From positions 109,363-173,362 of the IMG/VR virus record IMGVR_UViG_3300028920_000029: DNA of 64,000 nucleotides. One strand, written 5' to 3'. Each line of letters begins with the position of its first letter. Within the stretch, counting starts at the first letter, position 1. A program made the translations under genes and the position numbers. This document shows positions 46,142 through 58,650 of this stretch, one piece after another. Source of the stretch: a virus. The notes beneath the pieces were generated by a model. The model did not search any database, was not told the origin of the DNA, and worked only from the letters and a program-made list of their open reading frames with translations.

Positions 46142-48166
46142 TTATTTATTAAGTACTTTTGATATTCCATCTCTCTTCTCCACAATAATTAAATTTTCAA
46201 ACATATCTTCAAGATCGGGAAAGTGCGTAACAACAAAAATCTGAAATTTGTTTGCCAATAATTTTATCATATCTCCTATAATCTCCCTAGCTTTATCATC
46301 GAGGTCAGTGAACCCTTCATCTATAATCATAAATCTAAACCCGTATTTTGTAGCCATAATAGTTGAGAATGCCAACCTAATAGCAAAGTTAACTGTTGAC
46401 CTTTCTCCACCAGACAAAAGTTCCAACCCGTATATTCTATCCTCGGAAATCTTTTTTACCATAATATCAAACGTGGGCTTGAACCCTTCCCCAGATTTCT
46501 TCTGCCGCTCCATTTGAAATATAACAGAGTAGTTCATAACCCGTAATAGAGAATTAGCTAACGTAGCTATCTCTCCTAACGCAGTAGTAAAAAGCCACCG
46601 CTGTATACCATTAGGAGACAGTATCTCTCCCACACTTCTAAGTATCTTTTCAGCTCTTGCGTGACCTTGTATATCGTTTTCTAATACACCGATTTCACTG
46701 GCGTATGAATCTACGCGCCGTGTATCGTTTAGGTGGTCAGACAGCCTACCAGTAAGCCTGGTTAACTTTGACTTAAACTCATCTAACTCGCCACGTATAT
46801 CATTTATTTTTCTTTCCGCAGCTACATTCTCTGCACTTTCTACGGCCTTCCATTGCTCCTTTAAGCTTGCTAAAGACTTCTCAAACGCCTGTACCTGTGT
46901 CTCTAATGTACGTACCTGCCCAGATAGCATGGCTATCTTACTCTCAACATCTTCTTTACTTCTGATATGTTCTGCGTATACCACAGCTTGTTGTGTTATA
47001 GTTGCTAACTCCTCACTATCTTTTACCCTCTTAGCTTTAGCAGCGTCGGTTTTTTTAGTCAGCTCGGTTAGTTCGTTTGATTGTTTTTGTATTTCTATGT
47101 TTACGTGGTCCGCTATAGCTGTTTGTTCCTCACCTGTTAAAGCTCTATCACACATCGGACACCTATTAGCGCTTAGCATATCCTGCATGGAGGCCCTATA
47201 TTTCTGCAGTACATCAGTCTTTATTTTTACCTCATGCTCAAGAGACGCTATATACTTCTCCATATTTAAAGAGCTGGCTACAAGCGCCTGCCTGTAGTTG
47301 TCGTCTATGGCAGTTATCTTTTTAGACTTTAGGTTATCTAATATAGTCTTCTGCTGCGTTAAGGCTGTAGTCGATTGATCTAGGGAATTCTTAGCTAACT
47401 TATAGTTTCCCTCCGCAGTATCAAGTTGAGATTTTAGCTCAACCTTTCTATTCATATTGTTTATAGTTGCTGCGTGCGCCGTAAGGACTTCTTCTTTTTG
47501 TTTTATCGCATCATTAGTACTTGCTATGTCGCTCTTTAGTTTCTCCGTATCAACTCCAGCAACAATTTCCTTTAGCTCGTCCATACTCTTAGTAAGCATC
47601 TCCATCTTTACTTTAAACTTACTTGTCGACTTAGATAGTTGAGTACTTAAACTTTTTGCGACGTCGTAATACTTTCTCCACCTATCTATGTCAAGAAGCT
47701 CCATTATGAATTCTGACTTCATTTTAGGAGATAGCAACCCAAAGAACTGGTTAAACCCCTGGGCCTGGAATATCGTTTGGTCGAATAGCCTTTTACTTAT
47801 CTTAAGAGTTTGGCGTATAAACTTTTCTACCTCGACCTTAGATTGCGACGTTTTCACTCCATCCTTATATAAATCTATGGAGTAACTATCCGTAGTCATT
47901 ATCTTTTGTATTTTAAACGTTGTGGAGTCGACTATAAACTCTAGCTCTACCGAACCAGTGGACTTACCGTGCTGTAAATATTGTGAGGTTTTACCATATA
48001 GGGCGTATTCGATACCATCAAATATAGATGATTTACCCGCACCATTCGACCCGCTCCTATCAATGTTTATACCTTTTATTAGCACTGGCGAAGCCATAGT
48101 TGAAAAGTTTATATACGTATCTCTGTGTGATTTAAAGTTTTTAAGTCTTAGGCTTTTCAGTATCAT
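46142..48166 (-). CDS. sbcC: SbcC/Rad50-like ATPase
   Basis: GSNGAGKS, CPMC zinc hook, LSGGE, IIDEG. Confidence 0.9.
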   Translation of the reverse strand: MILKSLRLKNFKSHRDTYINFSTMASPVLIKGINIDRSGSNGAGKSSIFDGIEYALYGKTSQYLQHGKSTGSVELEFIVDSTTFKIQKIMTTDSYSIDLYKDGVKTSQSKVEVEKFIRQTLKISKRLFDQTIFQAQGFNQFFGLLSPKMKSEFIMELLDIDRWRKYYDVAKSLSTQLSKSTSKFKVKMEMLTKSMDELKEIVAGVDTEKLKSDIASTNDAIKQKEEVLTAHAATINNMNRKVELKSQLDTAEGNYKLAKNSLDQSTTALTQQKTILDNLKSKKITAIDDNYRQALVASSLNMEKYIASLEHEVKIKTDVLQKYRASMQDMLSANRCPMCDRALTGEEQTAIADHVNIEIQKQSNELTELTKKTDAAKAKRVKDSEELATITQQAVVYAEHIRSKEDVESKIAMLSGQVRTLETQVQAFEKSLASLKEQWKAVESAENVAAERKINDIRGELDEFKSKLTRLTGRLSDHLNDTRRVDSYASEIGVLENDIQGHARAEKILRSVGEILSPNGIQRWLFTTALGEIATLANSLLRVMNYSVIFQMERQKKSGEGFKPTFDIMVKKISEDRIYGLELLSGGERSTVNFAIRLAFSTIMATKYGFRFMIIDEGFTDLDDKAREIIGDMIKLLANKFQIFVVTHFPDLEDMFENLIIVEKRDGISKVLNK

Positions 48167-49244
48167 CTATTCCTAATTCCTCCAAGTCAAACGGTGAATC
48201 ATTTTTTGTCAGAGTCTCGTTTTGGATTTTATCACATATACCTAATATGATATCCTTCTCTGCAACTAAATCATTTTTCTTTATCCAGTCATCCATAAAC
48301 GCCCGCGAGTTTGTTAAGGTTGTGTCTGTTGCCGTTTCAAATGTAACATCCTGTAGATTTAAGTCTATGTACGCAAAGTTATTTGTTTTACTTAATTGAG
48401 AATATAGTTTATCAACCTTAGGTAACGCTTCCACAGTTACCCCCTTGGCTACTATTTTTACTATAGCTGAGTCCAATGCGTAAACCTCCTGCGGAACGTT
48501 TCGTATATCTACCTCATAGATGGGCATAGCTGGGGTAACTATTGTTTCCACGTTACCTTCATCCCACATATATATGGATTTATTAGGTTCTTTCTCCCCT
48601 AAATTCCACCTAAATGGAGAACCACCGTAAGCCCAATTACCGTATACAAACCCCGCTTTGTGTATATGTCCTAAAGCGCCGTACTTAACCTTTGTCATAT
48701 CCTGTAATAACTCAACAGGAACTACATATTCGTTAGATGGCGGGGTAATACCAGGAACACTTCCAGTAACCCAAAAATGTCCTATAGCAAATAGGTTATC
48801 CCCAGTATACTCATCATGCAATTCTTGTATCTTAGCTAGCTCATCCTCCTGATTTAAGTATACGTATGGCATCGCCAAAACATCTATGTCTCCAACCGTA
48901 TATATACCAGTTTCGGATAATACGTGTAAGTTTGGTAGAGCTAGTGATTCTATTGGACTTAAAGTATGGTGCGATCCTTCCTTAGCTGGGATGTCGTGAT
49001 TACCAGGAACGATAACTAAATGAGTATTTAAATCTAATATTCTACGTATAAAAGCGTTGGCTAGAGAACGCTCACCAGATGTTGGAAGTTTTGTATTAAA
49101 TAAATCTCCAGCTATGAATACATAGTTGGGTTTTCTTTCTTCTATAGTATCCAAAATAAACCGTATAGAAGTAATTAAATCTTTTCTATACCGCTTATCC
49201 CGTTTTAGTTCTATGTGAATATCTGATAAATGTAGTATTTCCAT
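48141..49244 (-). CDS. sbcD: SbcD/Mre11-like nuclease
   Basis: SDIH, AGDLF, GNHD, LGHIH. Confidence 0.9.
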   Translation of the reverse strand: MEILHLSDIHIELKRDKRYRKDLITSIRFILDTIEERKPNYVFIAGDLFNTKLPTSGERSLANAFIRRILDLNTHLVIVPGNHDIPAKEGSHHTLSPIESLALPNLHVLSETGIYTVGDIDVLAMPYVYLNQEDELAKIQELHDEYTGDNLFAIGHFWVTGSVPGITPPSNEYVVPVELLQDMTKVKYGALGHIHKAGFVYGNWAYGGSPFRWNLGEKEPNKSIYMWDEGNVETIVTPAMPIYEVDIRNVPQEVYALDSAIVKIVAKGVTVEALPKVDKLYSQLSKTNNFAYIDLNLQDVTFETATDTTLTNSRAFMDDWIKKNDLVAEKDIILGICDKIQNETLTKNDSPFDLEELGIDDTEKPKT

Positions 49245-49614
49245 ACTCGATCACCCTAAAAAGCCTATCGTTAAGTCTTCTACTATTACTGTACCACCTA
49301 CGCATACGCCTAATTCTAGTAACTATAGAGTTAATTCTTTTAGTTACCGAGCGCTCCGCCTTAGCCGTAAGCATTGTAGAAGTCGAAGGCTTATCAATAT
49401 TTTCCTTCGGTATGGGATCTCCTAACAGTTTCATTAACCTATTCAGGTCTCCCCCAGTTTTACAGCCGAAACAATAAAAACTGTTTGTTGCTGGGTAAAT
49501 TGTAAAGGACGCTACTTTCTCGTTGTGCCACGGAAATGGACAAGGTATTCGTAGTGTGTCACCCACACCCTTAGGGACGTATCCTTTTGATCTTAAGTAA
49601 TCCTCAATCTCCAC
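49195..49614 (-). CDS. primase-type CHC2 zinc-finger protein
   Basis: CPFPWHNE...FYCFGC..GGD. Confidence 0.85.
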   Translation of the reverse strand: MEIEDYLRSKGYVPKGVGDTLRIPCPFPWHNEKVASFTIYPATNSFYCFGCKTGGDLNRLMKLLGDPIPKENIDKPSTSTMLTAKAERSVTKRINSIVTRIRRMRRWYSNSRRLNDRLFRVIEYGNTTFIRYSHRTKTG

Positions 49615-50059
49615 GCTTTTTACGTCCTTTCTTTTTTGGGACTTTCTTAGCTATTCTTTTTCTTATATCTTCCCTAGACGTTTTAACTCGATTAACTGTG
49701 TAAAGTTTCTTTAGTGCCTTATCCAGCTTACATGACGGAATAACCATACGTTTTAGCGCGGACATCGATATATCCAATAGCTGCTCGTGTACTTCTACTA
49801 CTCCATCAATAGATTGAAGATACACTAAATGGTCTGACTCGTCAACCTTAAATGCTACCATATCTAAGTCGTAATAATCGCAAACGTCTCGTAACCACGA
49901 CATAATATGCGTACACTTAAATGTGCCTAAAAATGTTATCCACAATACTTTTGTGCCATTCTTGGTAAAAATCTTATAGTCATCGCACCGTACGTTAGGA
50001 TTGTGTTCCTCTATGTTGGCTCTAATGTTATAGTATAGTAGGTCTTCATCTTTTGGCAT
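49604..50059 (-). CDS. hypothetical protein
   Basis: 151-aa ORF. Confidence 0.6.
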   Translation of the reverse strand: MPKDEDLLYYNIRANIEEHNPNVRCDDYKIFTKNGTKVLWITFLGTFKCTHIMSWLRDVCDYYDLDMVAFKVDESDHLVYLQSIDGVVEVHEQLLDISMSALKRMVIPSCKLDKALKKLYTVNRVKTSREDIRKRIAKKVPKKKGRKKRGD

Positions 50060-50210
50060 TCGCTTTCTTCTTCGGCGGAGGCTCTATCGCGACGTTTCGG
50101 ACGCAGTCTTTTTCACGAATAGATAGTAATTTACCGCCCGTATAGATGTTTGTATACAGCGTAACCCTACCGCCGTCAAAGAATTTTATACTCATATCAT
50201 CTTTCATTAT

Positions 50211-51365
50211 TTACACCTTTTTTAAGAAATCTATAACGTCTACCTCGTTGTCGCTCTTGTAGGAATATCCCTTACCGTTAATTCCGTAGTTATACCCTTC
50301 CTGCAAAAGTTTTGTCTTTGTAAAGTCTAAAGCGTCGCAAGGTCTATCTTTAGGATAAAGAGCAAGTACATCCCATCCCGCAGTCTTAACCTTATCCTTT
50401 ATTATCTCTTCAGCAACCTGCTCCTGCGCGTTCATAGATGCTGGAACGGTCTGAAGTATGGCATCTCTGTATGCTTCATAACTCTTAGTATTGTCTGGAG
50501 CCACAATTCCCGTACCTATATCAACATACTCATCTGGATAACAGAAAACAACTATTACCTTCTTAACCTGTTTGTTAGGAAAGGCTGTGTTGTATTTGTT
50601 AAGAGCTATAAATGGATTATTCGCCCCAGCTCCTCCATCTACATGCCAATGAGTATGCTTCTTACCGTCTTTGTCTATATCGACACCCTTTACTGACGGA
50701 AAGATAGCGGGTATAGCAGATGTTCTTTTAAGCGCATCAGCTACCTTCATGCCTTTGTTCGGACCAAAGCTACAATAGAATTCTTCCCTTTGCGCATTTA
50801 AATCCAGCGAAGAAACTATCATGTGTATTCCAATGAGGCTGTGTAAATCCTCAAGCGTTGAATCCTTAAACAACTTATCCAACTTAGCGTACAAAGGTTT
50901 TGGATCCAGTATAGACCGCTTACCAAATATAAACCCAAAACCAGCCGCGACCTTATCAAACAAGCTATTTATGGCTCCGTTATACACATCCTTGTTGTCC
51001 TTAATACTTTCCCACACCGCCGTAGCGTTCATAAATGTTGGTGGTGGTTCCTCAGAAGGAATGTCATCCTCGTTAATATCTGGCTCACTACCTGGAGGTG
51101 GAGGAGGCATCTCCTCTATTGGAGAAGAAGGTACTTCTCCTTCAGGAAAATCAACAGCACCATAAGCCGTGAATAGCCCAGTATTTAATCCACCAACCGA
51201 CGTACCAGCCATAACGCTAGTTTGTTCCAGCACGCCTTTCTGTGCAAGAGCCGCAAGTACTCCTGCCTGCCACCTACCAGCGGCTCCTCCACCACACAAA
51301 ACTACAGCAAAATCGTCAAGTTCTGGTAAAATCTTTGGAGGTTCTATCTTTAATTCTAATCCCAT
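50211..51365 (-). CDS. patatin-like phospholipase
   Basis: GGGAAG, GTSVG, SAIP..F, VDGG. Confidence 0.88.
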   Translation of the reverse strand: MGLELKIEPPKILPELDDFAVVLCGGGAAGRWQAGVLAALAQKGVLEQTSVMAGTSVGGLNTGLFTAYGAVDFPEGEVPSSPIEEMPPPPPGSEPDINEDDIPSEEPPPTFMNATAVWESIKDNKDVYNGAINSLFDKVAAGFGFIFGKRSILDPKPLYAKLDKLFKDSTLEDLHSLIGIHMIVSSLDLNAQREEFYCSFGPNKGMKVADALKRTSAIPAIFPSVKGVDIDKDGKKHTHWHVDGGAGANNPFIALNKYNTAFPNKQVKKVIVVFCYPDEYVDIGTGIVAPDNTKSYEAYRDAILQTVPASMNAQEQVAEEIIKDKVKTAGWDVLALYPKDRPCDALDFTKTKLLQEGYNYGINGKGYSYKSDNEVDVIDFLKKV

Positions 51366-51377
51366 ACTACACCTCAA

Positions 51378-53313
<1,936 letters not shown>

Positions 53314-53322
53314 GACGCCTCC

Positions 53323-54048
53323 TTATTTCTTAATAAAGTTTTGTACCCAATCTATCCAAGATAAGTTACTTTCTATCCTTTTTCCGCGTAATGCATATGT
53401 ACTATCTTTCTTTTCCATAGAATTATGTAACTGTGAAGCTTTGACCATATTTTTTGCTGCTAAAGAAATTTCCTTTTCATACTTTCTAAGTTCGTTTTTA
53501 GTTTCCTCTATCAGATCTTTCTTTTCTTTGTACTTTTTTTCTTTGTTCAAATCAGCTATAGCATCCATTCTTTCCTGGTAGTTCGTTAAAGTCTTTATCT
53601 CCTTAATATATACATATCCTAAATTCTGAAACTGCCACGCAAGAATTCCTTCTACCTCCGTTTTCTTTGCTGACTCACCAAATGCAACCAACTTCTTAGC
53701 CGCATCAATTTTCTTTATTTGAGCCTTAACTCTTTTCTTAAGGTTTGACCCTGCTTTGTCTGCAAGTTTATCTACCAGGGCATCAGCACTTTCGTAGCCA
53801 TTCCAAACATCAGTTTTTGCGCTAAGCCACTCTTTAGACCCCTCTACCAAATCCTTGTAAGGCTTTGCTAGTTCTTTTACCTCTGAATCAAATGCGCTGA
53901 GTTCTTCCTCTACGGCTTCCTTAGCTCCCTCAACGGCCGCATCTTTCACTTTATTTGCTACATCTTCAGACTTCTTAAAAAAACTACCCGCAAATGCGGT
54001 AGACGCCAAAAATATAAGCGCCAATACTGCAACTAAAAATTTTCTCAT
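53323..54048 (-). CDS. exported helical protein
   Basis: signal peptide MRKFLVAVLALIFLASTAFA. Confidence 0.7.
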   Translation of the reverse strand: MRKFLVAVLALIFLASTAFAGSFFKKSEDVANKVKDAAVEGAKEAVEEELSAFDSEVKELAKPYKDLVEGSKEWLSAKTDVWNGYESADALVDKLADKAGSNLKKRVKAQIKKIDAAKKLVAFGESAKKTEVEGILAWQFQNLGYVYIKEIKTLTNYQERMDAIADLNKEKKYKEKKDLIEETKNELRKYEKEISLAAKNMVKASQLHNSMEKKDSTYALRGKRIESNLSWIDWVQNFIKK

Positions 54049-54293
54049 TTCTTTCCTCCTTTACGTTTTTCTTTAATTTTTTCTATAGCCTTCGCCACAA
54101 ACAAATCCATAGCCTCAATAGCTCGCGTATCTGACGTAAGCACGTCTATGTTTATGTTAGCATTATTAACCGTTTTAAAGTAGTACTTTTTCCAATTAAC
54201 CCCCTCTCTGCGAATTTCTTCCTTAATTAAAAGTTCTACCTGAACAACGCTTATTTCGTTTATACTTATAGGAACAAGTGATTCTTCGTCCAT
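54045..54293 (-). CDS. hypothetical protein
   Basis: AAGGAGGAG RBS. Confidence 0.6.
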   Translation of the reverse strand: MDEESLVPISINEISVVQVELLIKEEIRREGVNWKKYYFKTVNNANINIDVLTSDTRAIEAMDLFVAKAIEKIKEKRKGGKK

Positions 54294-54310
54294 GACTCCT
54301 CCTTTTATAA

Positions 54311-54565
54311 GACAGGAATAAAAGATTCATAAGCTCGTTGACAAATAACAACAAAATAGGTAGTTCACTTCCAGTTGCGCCTACCTCACTTACAAGTAAC
54401 ATTTAACCACCTACGACAACCTCTACCGCTCGAGAACAACAAACAAGGGTGCGGTACCATTAGTTGATAGTGGATTCTGTATTTACAGTATATGTAATGT
54501 TGTGTTCAGCACTTACCCCAATCCAAGGGTAAACACCTAGCCTATCCTTCTCTTCTATTCCTGTC
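54311..54565 (-). ncRNA. putative large structured ncRNA
   Basis: 15-bp closing helix GACAGGAATAGAAGA/TCTTTTATTCCTGTC enclosing several hairpins; no ORF in track. Confidence 0.6.
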
Positions 54566-54601
54566 AAAGAACTGTGGGTGCAAGTCCCGTCTGCCACAGT
54601 G

Positions 54602-54922
54602 TTATTTCTTTTCTATGTCAAAATCTTCCAGTTCTCCAAGATCAAAGTCTTCCTGACTTTTGCTCTCGTATCCAGAAACCACTGCCGTAGCATTGGTCTT
54701 TTTGATAGCAGAGCTAAGAATTCTAAGGTCCTTCGATAACCTCTGTATAAGTTTGTCAACCTTCTTTACGTCATACATAGGTTCTTTAACTTCTACTACG
54801 TCTTTACCGCTTTTCCACGACTCACGTACAGTATTCTCCTTTCGTAGTTCGTTCAAATCAGAAATCCTTTCCTTGAGTAGTGCTACCATTTCCAAACCTT
54901 CGTTCAGTGTTAGTCCTTCCAT
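54602..54922 (-). CDS. DIP1984-like helical-hairpin protein
   Basis: LTLNEGL..V..LKERI..L ... LSSAIKKTN.T pattern recalled for this family. Confidence 0.5.
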   Translation of the reverse strand: MEGLTLNEGLEMVALLKERISDLNELRKENTVRESWKSGKDVVEVKEPMYDVKKVDKLIQRLSKDLRILSSAIKKTNATAVVSGYESKSQEDFDLGELEDFDIEKK

Positions 54923-54936
54923 CTTACGTCTCCTTT

Positions 54937-55353
54937 CTACGCCGAAGCAACTTCGTCTAAGGCGTACTCAGTTTTTATTTTATGGTCCCATATATCCATT
55001 AGTTGTTTTTCAAAATTCAACGATACCAACCAATCGTTAGACGCTGGTCCACCCTCAAAATCTTCGGCGGACATGTCCAATTTAAATAATAGGTTACCCA
55101 ATACTAACGTTTCGCCACCGACATACTGTATATAATCCTTATGAACCTCAACAGTATAACGCCCAGCCAACCCTATATAAAACGACCCCGCTAACGGAAC
55201 TCTCATCAATCCTAGTATGGGCTTAACCTCTTTACCAGTATACTCTTTTAGTGTTTCTTCTTTTAAGACCGAAAGTATCTTATGTCTCTTTACCTTGAAT
55301 ATTACATCAAAAGTCTTATTACTGTCAACCACTTTCAGATGTGTCTTTTTCAC
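54937..55353 (-). CDS. hypothetical protein
   Basis: 138-aa ORF. Confidence 0.6.
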   Translation of the reverse strand: MKKTHLKVVDSNKTFDVIFKVKRHKILSVLKEETLKEYTGKEVKPILGLMRVPLAGSFYIGLAGRYTVEVHKDYIQYVGGETLVLGNLLFKLDMSAEDFEGGPASNDWLVSLNFEKQLMDIWDHKIKTEYALDEVASA

Positions 55354-55901
55354 CTTACACCTCTCTTTACCACCTTTCCGCCACTCTTGGGCTGTTGTTT
55401 AGGTAATCCTATTCTATCGATTACTCCCCAGCACAAAGCTTTGGAGCTATCAAAGTAAAAATCCTTGGTTTCGCGCTTATCGGCTTGCTCTGCCCACCAC
55501 TTAGCTGACTTATTAGTTTTCTTAGCAAAACTTTTTAAAAATTTCTTCGCAGATTTCTCGGTAAGTTCGAGTTCTTCCTTCATCTGCTTTGTCTTTCCAG
55601 TAACCTCGCTGCTTATATCGTGAAACATATATTCAGCCCTAGTTGTTCCGTACCTAGTATGGCCTATTACGAGTAAGTCTAAGCCACAGCTCATAGCGTC
55701 CCCAATAGCGCAGGTATGAAATTTAATTTTACTATTCTCAATCAAGGACGCAATACTATTAAATGTATGCACTTCTCCGCCAGTACTATCTATATATATT
55801 ATTACCTCTTTGTCACAAGAATCGTTTAGGGAGTTATAAAACTTCATAAAACTCTTTAGCATCCTGTCATCAAATTCTCCTATACACAACCACTGCTTCA
55901 T
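55350..55901 (-). CDS. ClpP-like serine protease
   Basis: YIDSTGG, AMSCG, YMFHD, WGVID. Confidence 0.85.
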   Translation of the reverse strand: MKQWLCIGEFDDRMLKSFMKFYNSLNDSCDKEVIIYIDSTGGEVHTFNSIASLIENSKIKFHTCAIGDAMSCGLDLLVIGHTRYGTTRAEYMFHDISSEVTGKTKQMKEELELTEKSAKKFLKSFAKKTNKSAKWWAEQADKRETKDFYFDSSKALCWGVIDRIGLPKQQPKSGGKVVKRGVR

Positions 55902-55942
55902 GTATAACCTCCTACTAATATTATACCGAAAAACATGTATAA

Positions 55943-56635
55943 TTATACATTTTTTATTACTACATTGTCAACATATTCTTCCGCAACACCCCTAAACTCT
56001 TGTAGTTTGTGTTCATCATATGGCTGTATATCTAAAAATGCTTCCGATAATGTGCTAACGTTCCTATATTGTTGCAATATCCAGGCCTTTGCACCTTTTA
56101 AGTACCGCCCCATCTTCCGTATATCTTCTTTGTTTTGTATGCACGTCGGTACTATAGTAGTTACAAACTCGTAGTCTATACCCGAGGTCATTATAAGGTC
56201 TATAGACTTTTCAATATTTTGCTTCTTAACATTGGTACTCGTAGCAACCTTATACCTATCTAACGGAGCTTTAACGTCCATACTAATATAGTCAACCAAC
56301 TTTTTATCTATTATGTTACTTAATGAATCATATATGTATCCGTTAGTATTCAGCTTAATAGGTAGTCCTATATCCTTAAGCTTCACCAAAAACTCCTCTA
56401 AGTCTGGGTGTATTGTGGGCTCTCCACCAGTTACTACGATACCGTCTATAAAAGATTTTCTATAATCCAAATCCTTAAGTGTGTCTTCTACAGAAACCAA
56501 ACTTTCATTTGACTTAACTATATCTGAGTTATGACAATAACCACATCTGAAGTTGCACCCACTCAAAAATAGTACAGTGCATATCTTATCATTAAAGTCT
56601 ATTATGGATGTTGGTGAAACTCCAAATATCTTCAT
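55943..56635 (-). CDS. nrdG: anaerobic RNR activating radical SAM protein
   Basis: GCNFRCGYCHN, TGGEPT. Confidence 0.92.
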   Translation of the reverse strand: MKIFGVSPTSIIDFNDKICTVLFLSGCNFRCGYCHNSDIVKSNESLVSVEDTLKDLDYRKSFIDGIVVTGGEPTIHPDLEEFLVKLKDIGLPIKLNTNGYIYDSLSNIIDKKLVDYISMDVKAPLDRYKVATSTNVKKQNIEKSIDLIMTSGIDYEFVTTIVPTCIQNKEDIRKMGRYLKGAKAWILQQYRNVSTLSEAFLDIQPYDEHKLQEFRGVAEEYVDNVVIKNV

Positions 56636-58650
56636 CCTATCTCCTCAGTTAGTTTCTTAACTTTCTTTTCCAACCGTTCCTTATCCTTCAAGCACTTAGG
56701 GCAAACCTTGTGTTCACCAGAAATATACCCGTGCTCTGGACAAATACTAAATGTCGGAGTTAAACTTACATATGGTATCTTATAGTTGTGCATAACTTTT
56801 TTAACCAGGGCCTTTGCCTGATCGCCCGAAAGCTGTTGACCAGTGTACACGTGTAAGACCGTACCCCCTGTGTATAACGCTTGGATTTCATTCTGATGTT
56901 CCAAAACCTTAAACACATCGTCACTATAGGTTACTGGCAACATGGTGGAGTTAGTAAAGTATGGCTCCTCCGTTCCAGACGTCAATATCTTATTGTGCAT
57001 ATCCTTAGCCTTTCTTGCTAGTTTGTACGACGCACCCTCAGCTGGTGTAGCTTCTAGGTTATAGAAGTTACCCGTATCTTTTTGGAACTTAAGAAGCATC
57101 TCATTAAGATACTTAAGGGTCCTCTCTGCCAACTCTTTTCCCTCATCCGAGTCGTAGGGTATACCTAACATTTCTGAGGCTTCACTCATACCTATAACTC
57201 CTATCGTTGAAAAGTGATTGGCCCAGTAAGATCCATCTCTCTTTTTTATGTTAGCTAAGTAATGTTTTGAGTAGGGGTACAGTCCTTTCTCGGTTAGATT
57301 TTCTAATAGTTTACGTTTAGCTTCTAGAGTAACCTTACCCAACTCGGCATACTTTTTTATTAAAGTAAAGAATTGGTCTACTGTTCCGCTAGCCTCGTAA
57401 GCCATCATAGGTAAATTTAATGTGACTACACCAACACTGCCCGTAAGAGAACTGGAACCAAACAATCCCCCACCTCTCTTATGAAGCTCCTTAAGGTCTA
57501 ATCTAAGCCTACAACACATGCTTCTAGAATCTTCTGGACTCATATCTCCTGTACAGTAGTTGGCAAAATAACATAAACCATATTTAGCTGTACCTTCCCA
57601 CAAAATCTCAAGGTTTTTGTTATCCCAATCAAAATCACTCGTGATGTTTACTGTAGGTATTGGAAAAGTAAATATTCTGTTTTGCGCGTCTCCTTCTATC
57701 ATAACCTCAAACAACGCCTTATTAAACAGATTTACTTCCTTTTGGAACTCACCATACGTTTCTTTCTGATACTCACCACCTATTATAACTGGCTGACCCT
57801 TTAGGTGATTAGGTATAGTTAAATCTAAAGTTATATTTGAAAAAGGTGTTTGGAAGCCGACGCGTGTTGGTACATTCATATTAAACACAAAAGTCTGTAA
57901 CGCCTGCTTTAGTTGTTTGTAAGTCAAGCCATCATAAAATATAAATGGGGCTAGGTAGGTATCAAAATTACTAAATGCTACTGCACCACTTGATTCGCCT
58001 TGTAAGCTGTATAAAAAGTTTACTGCCTGTCCTAACGCCACATCAAAATGTTTTGCGGGAGAGGAGTGGAGCTTTCCTTCCACCCCTCCAAATCCTCGTA
58101 ACAGTAAGTCTTGTATGTCCCACCCGTTACAATAAACTCCCAGTAATCCTAAATCGTGAATGTGTATATACCCAGAACTATAAGCATCCGCGGCCTCTTT
58201 AGGGACTACCGCGTCAAGCCAAAACTGCTGTGTGAGTTCATTGACTATCGCATTATTCATACCCTGTAGAGAGTATCCCATGTTAGCATTTTCGTTAATC
58301 TTCCAATCCAGTTGATCGATGTATTTATTAAATAAGTTGTTTCGTTTCTTCTTAGATAGTGATAGATCTTTTTGTAGGATATGCTGGTACCTGTAGCGCA
58401 TAAAAGCCCTGGCGACCTTGTAATACCTCTTTGCCATAAGCGCATCTTCTATACAATCCAACGCGTCTACTTTTTCCACAACACCATTTAGGTCGGCGTG
58501 AACAATCAAATCCATCTTAACTTTCTCTATTAAGTCATTAAGTATCGCATCGTTAACTTCCATATCAGACGCACTAAATGCTCTCTTTATATCTGTTTTC
58601 ATCTTATCGTCATTAAACTCCGAAATTCCAGAATTAGTTTTTATCTTCAT
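56632..58650 (-). CDS. nrdD: class III ribonucleoside-triphosphate reductase (no C-terminal glycyl-radical motif)
   Basis: ATP-cone-like N-terminus, IHIHDL, RSMCCRL, EATPAEG, CPEH..CPKC. Confidence 0.92.
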   Translation of the reverse strand: MKIKTNSGISEFNDDKMKTDIKRAFSASDMEVNDAILNDLIEKVKMDLIVHADLNGVVEKVDALDCIEDALMAKRYYKVARAFMRYRYQHILQKDLSLSKKKRNNLFNKYIDQLDWKINENANMGYSLQGMNNAIVNELTQQFWLDAVVPKEAADAYSSGYIHIHDLGLLGVYCNGWDIQDLLLRGFGGVEGKLHSSPAKHFDVALGQAVNFLYSLQGESSGAVAFSNFDTYLAPFIFYDGLTYKQLKQALQTFVFNMNVPTRVGFQTPFSNITLDLTIPNHLKGQPVIIGGEYQKETYGEFQKEVNLFNKALFEVMIEGDAQNRIFTFPIPTVNITSDFDWDNKNLEILWEGTAKYGLCYFANYCTGDMSPEDSRSMCCRLRLDLKELHKRGGGLFGSSSLTGSVGVVTLNLPMMAYEASGTVDQFFTLIKKYAELGKVTLEAKRKLLENLTEKGLYPYSKHYLANIKKRDGSYWANHFSTIGVIGMSEASEMLGIPYDSDEGKELAERTLKYLNEMLLKFQKDTGNFYNLEATPAEGASYKLARKAKDMHNKILTSGTEEPYFTNSTMLPVTYSDDVFKVLEHQNEIQALYTGGTVLHVYTGQQLSGDQAKALVKKVMHNYKIPYVSLTPTFSICPEHGYISGEHKVCPKCLKDKERLEKKVKKLTEEIG

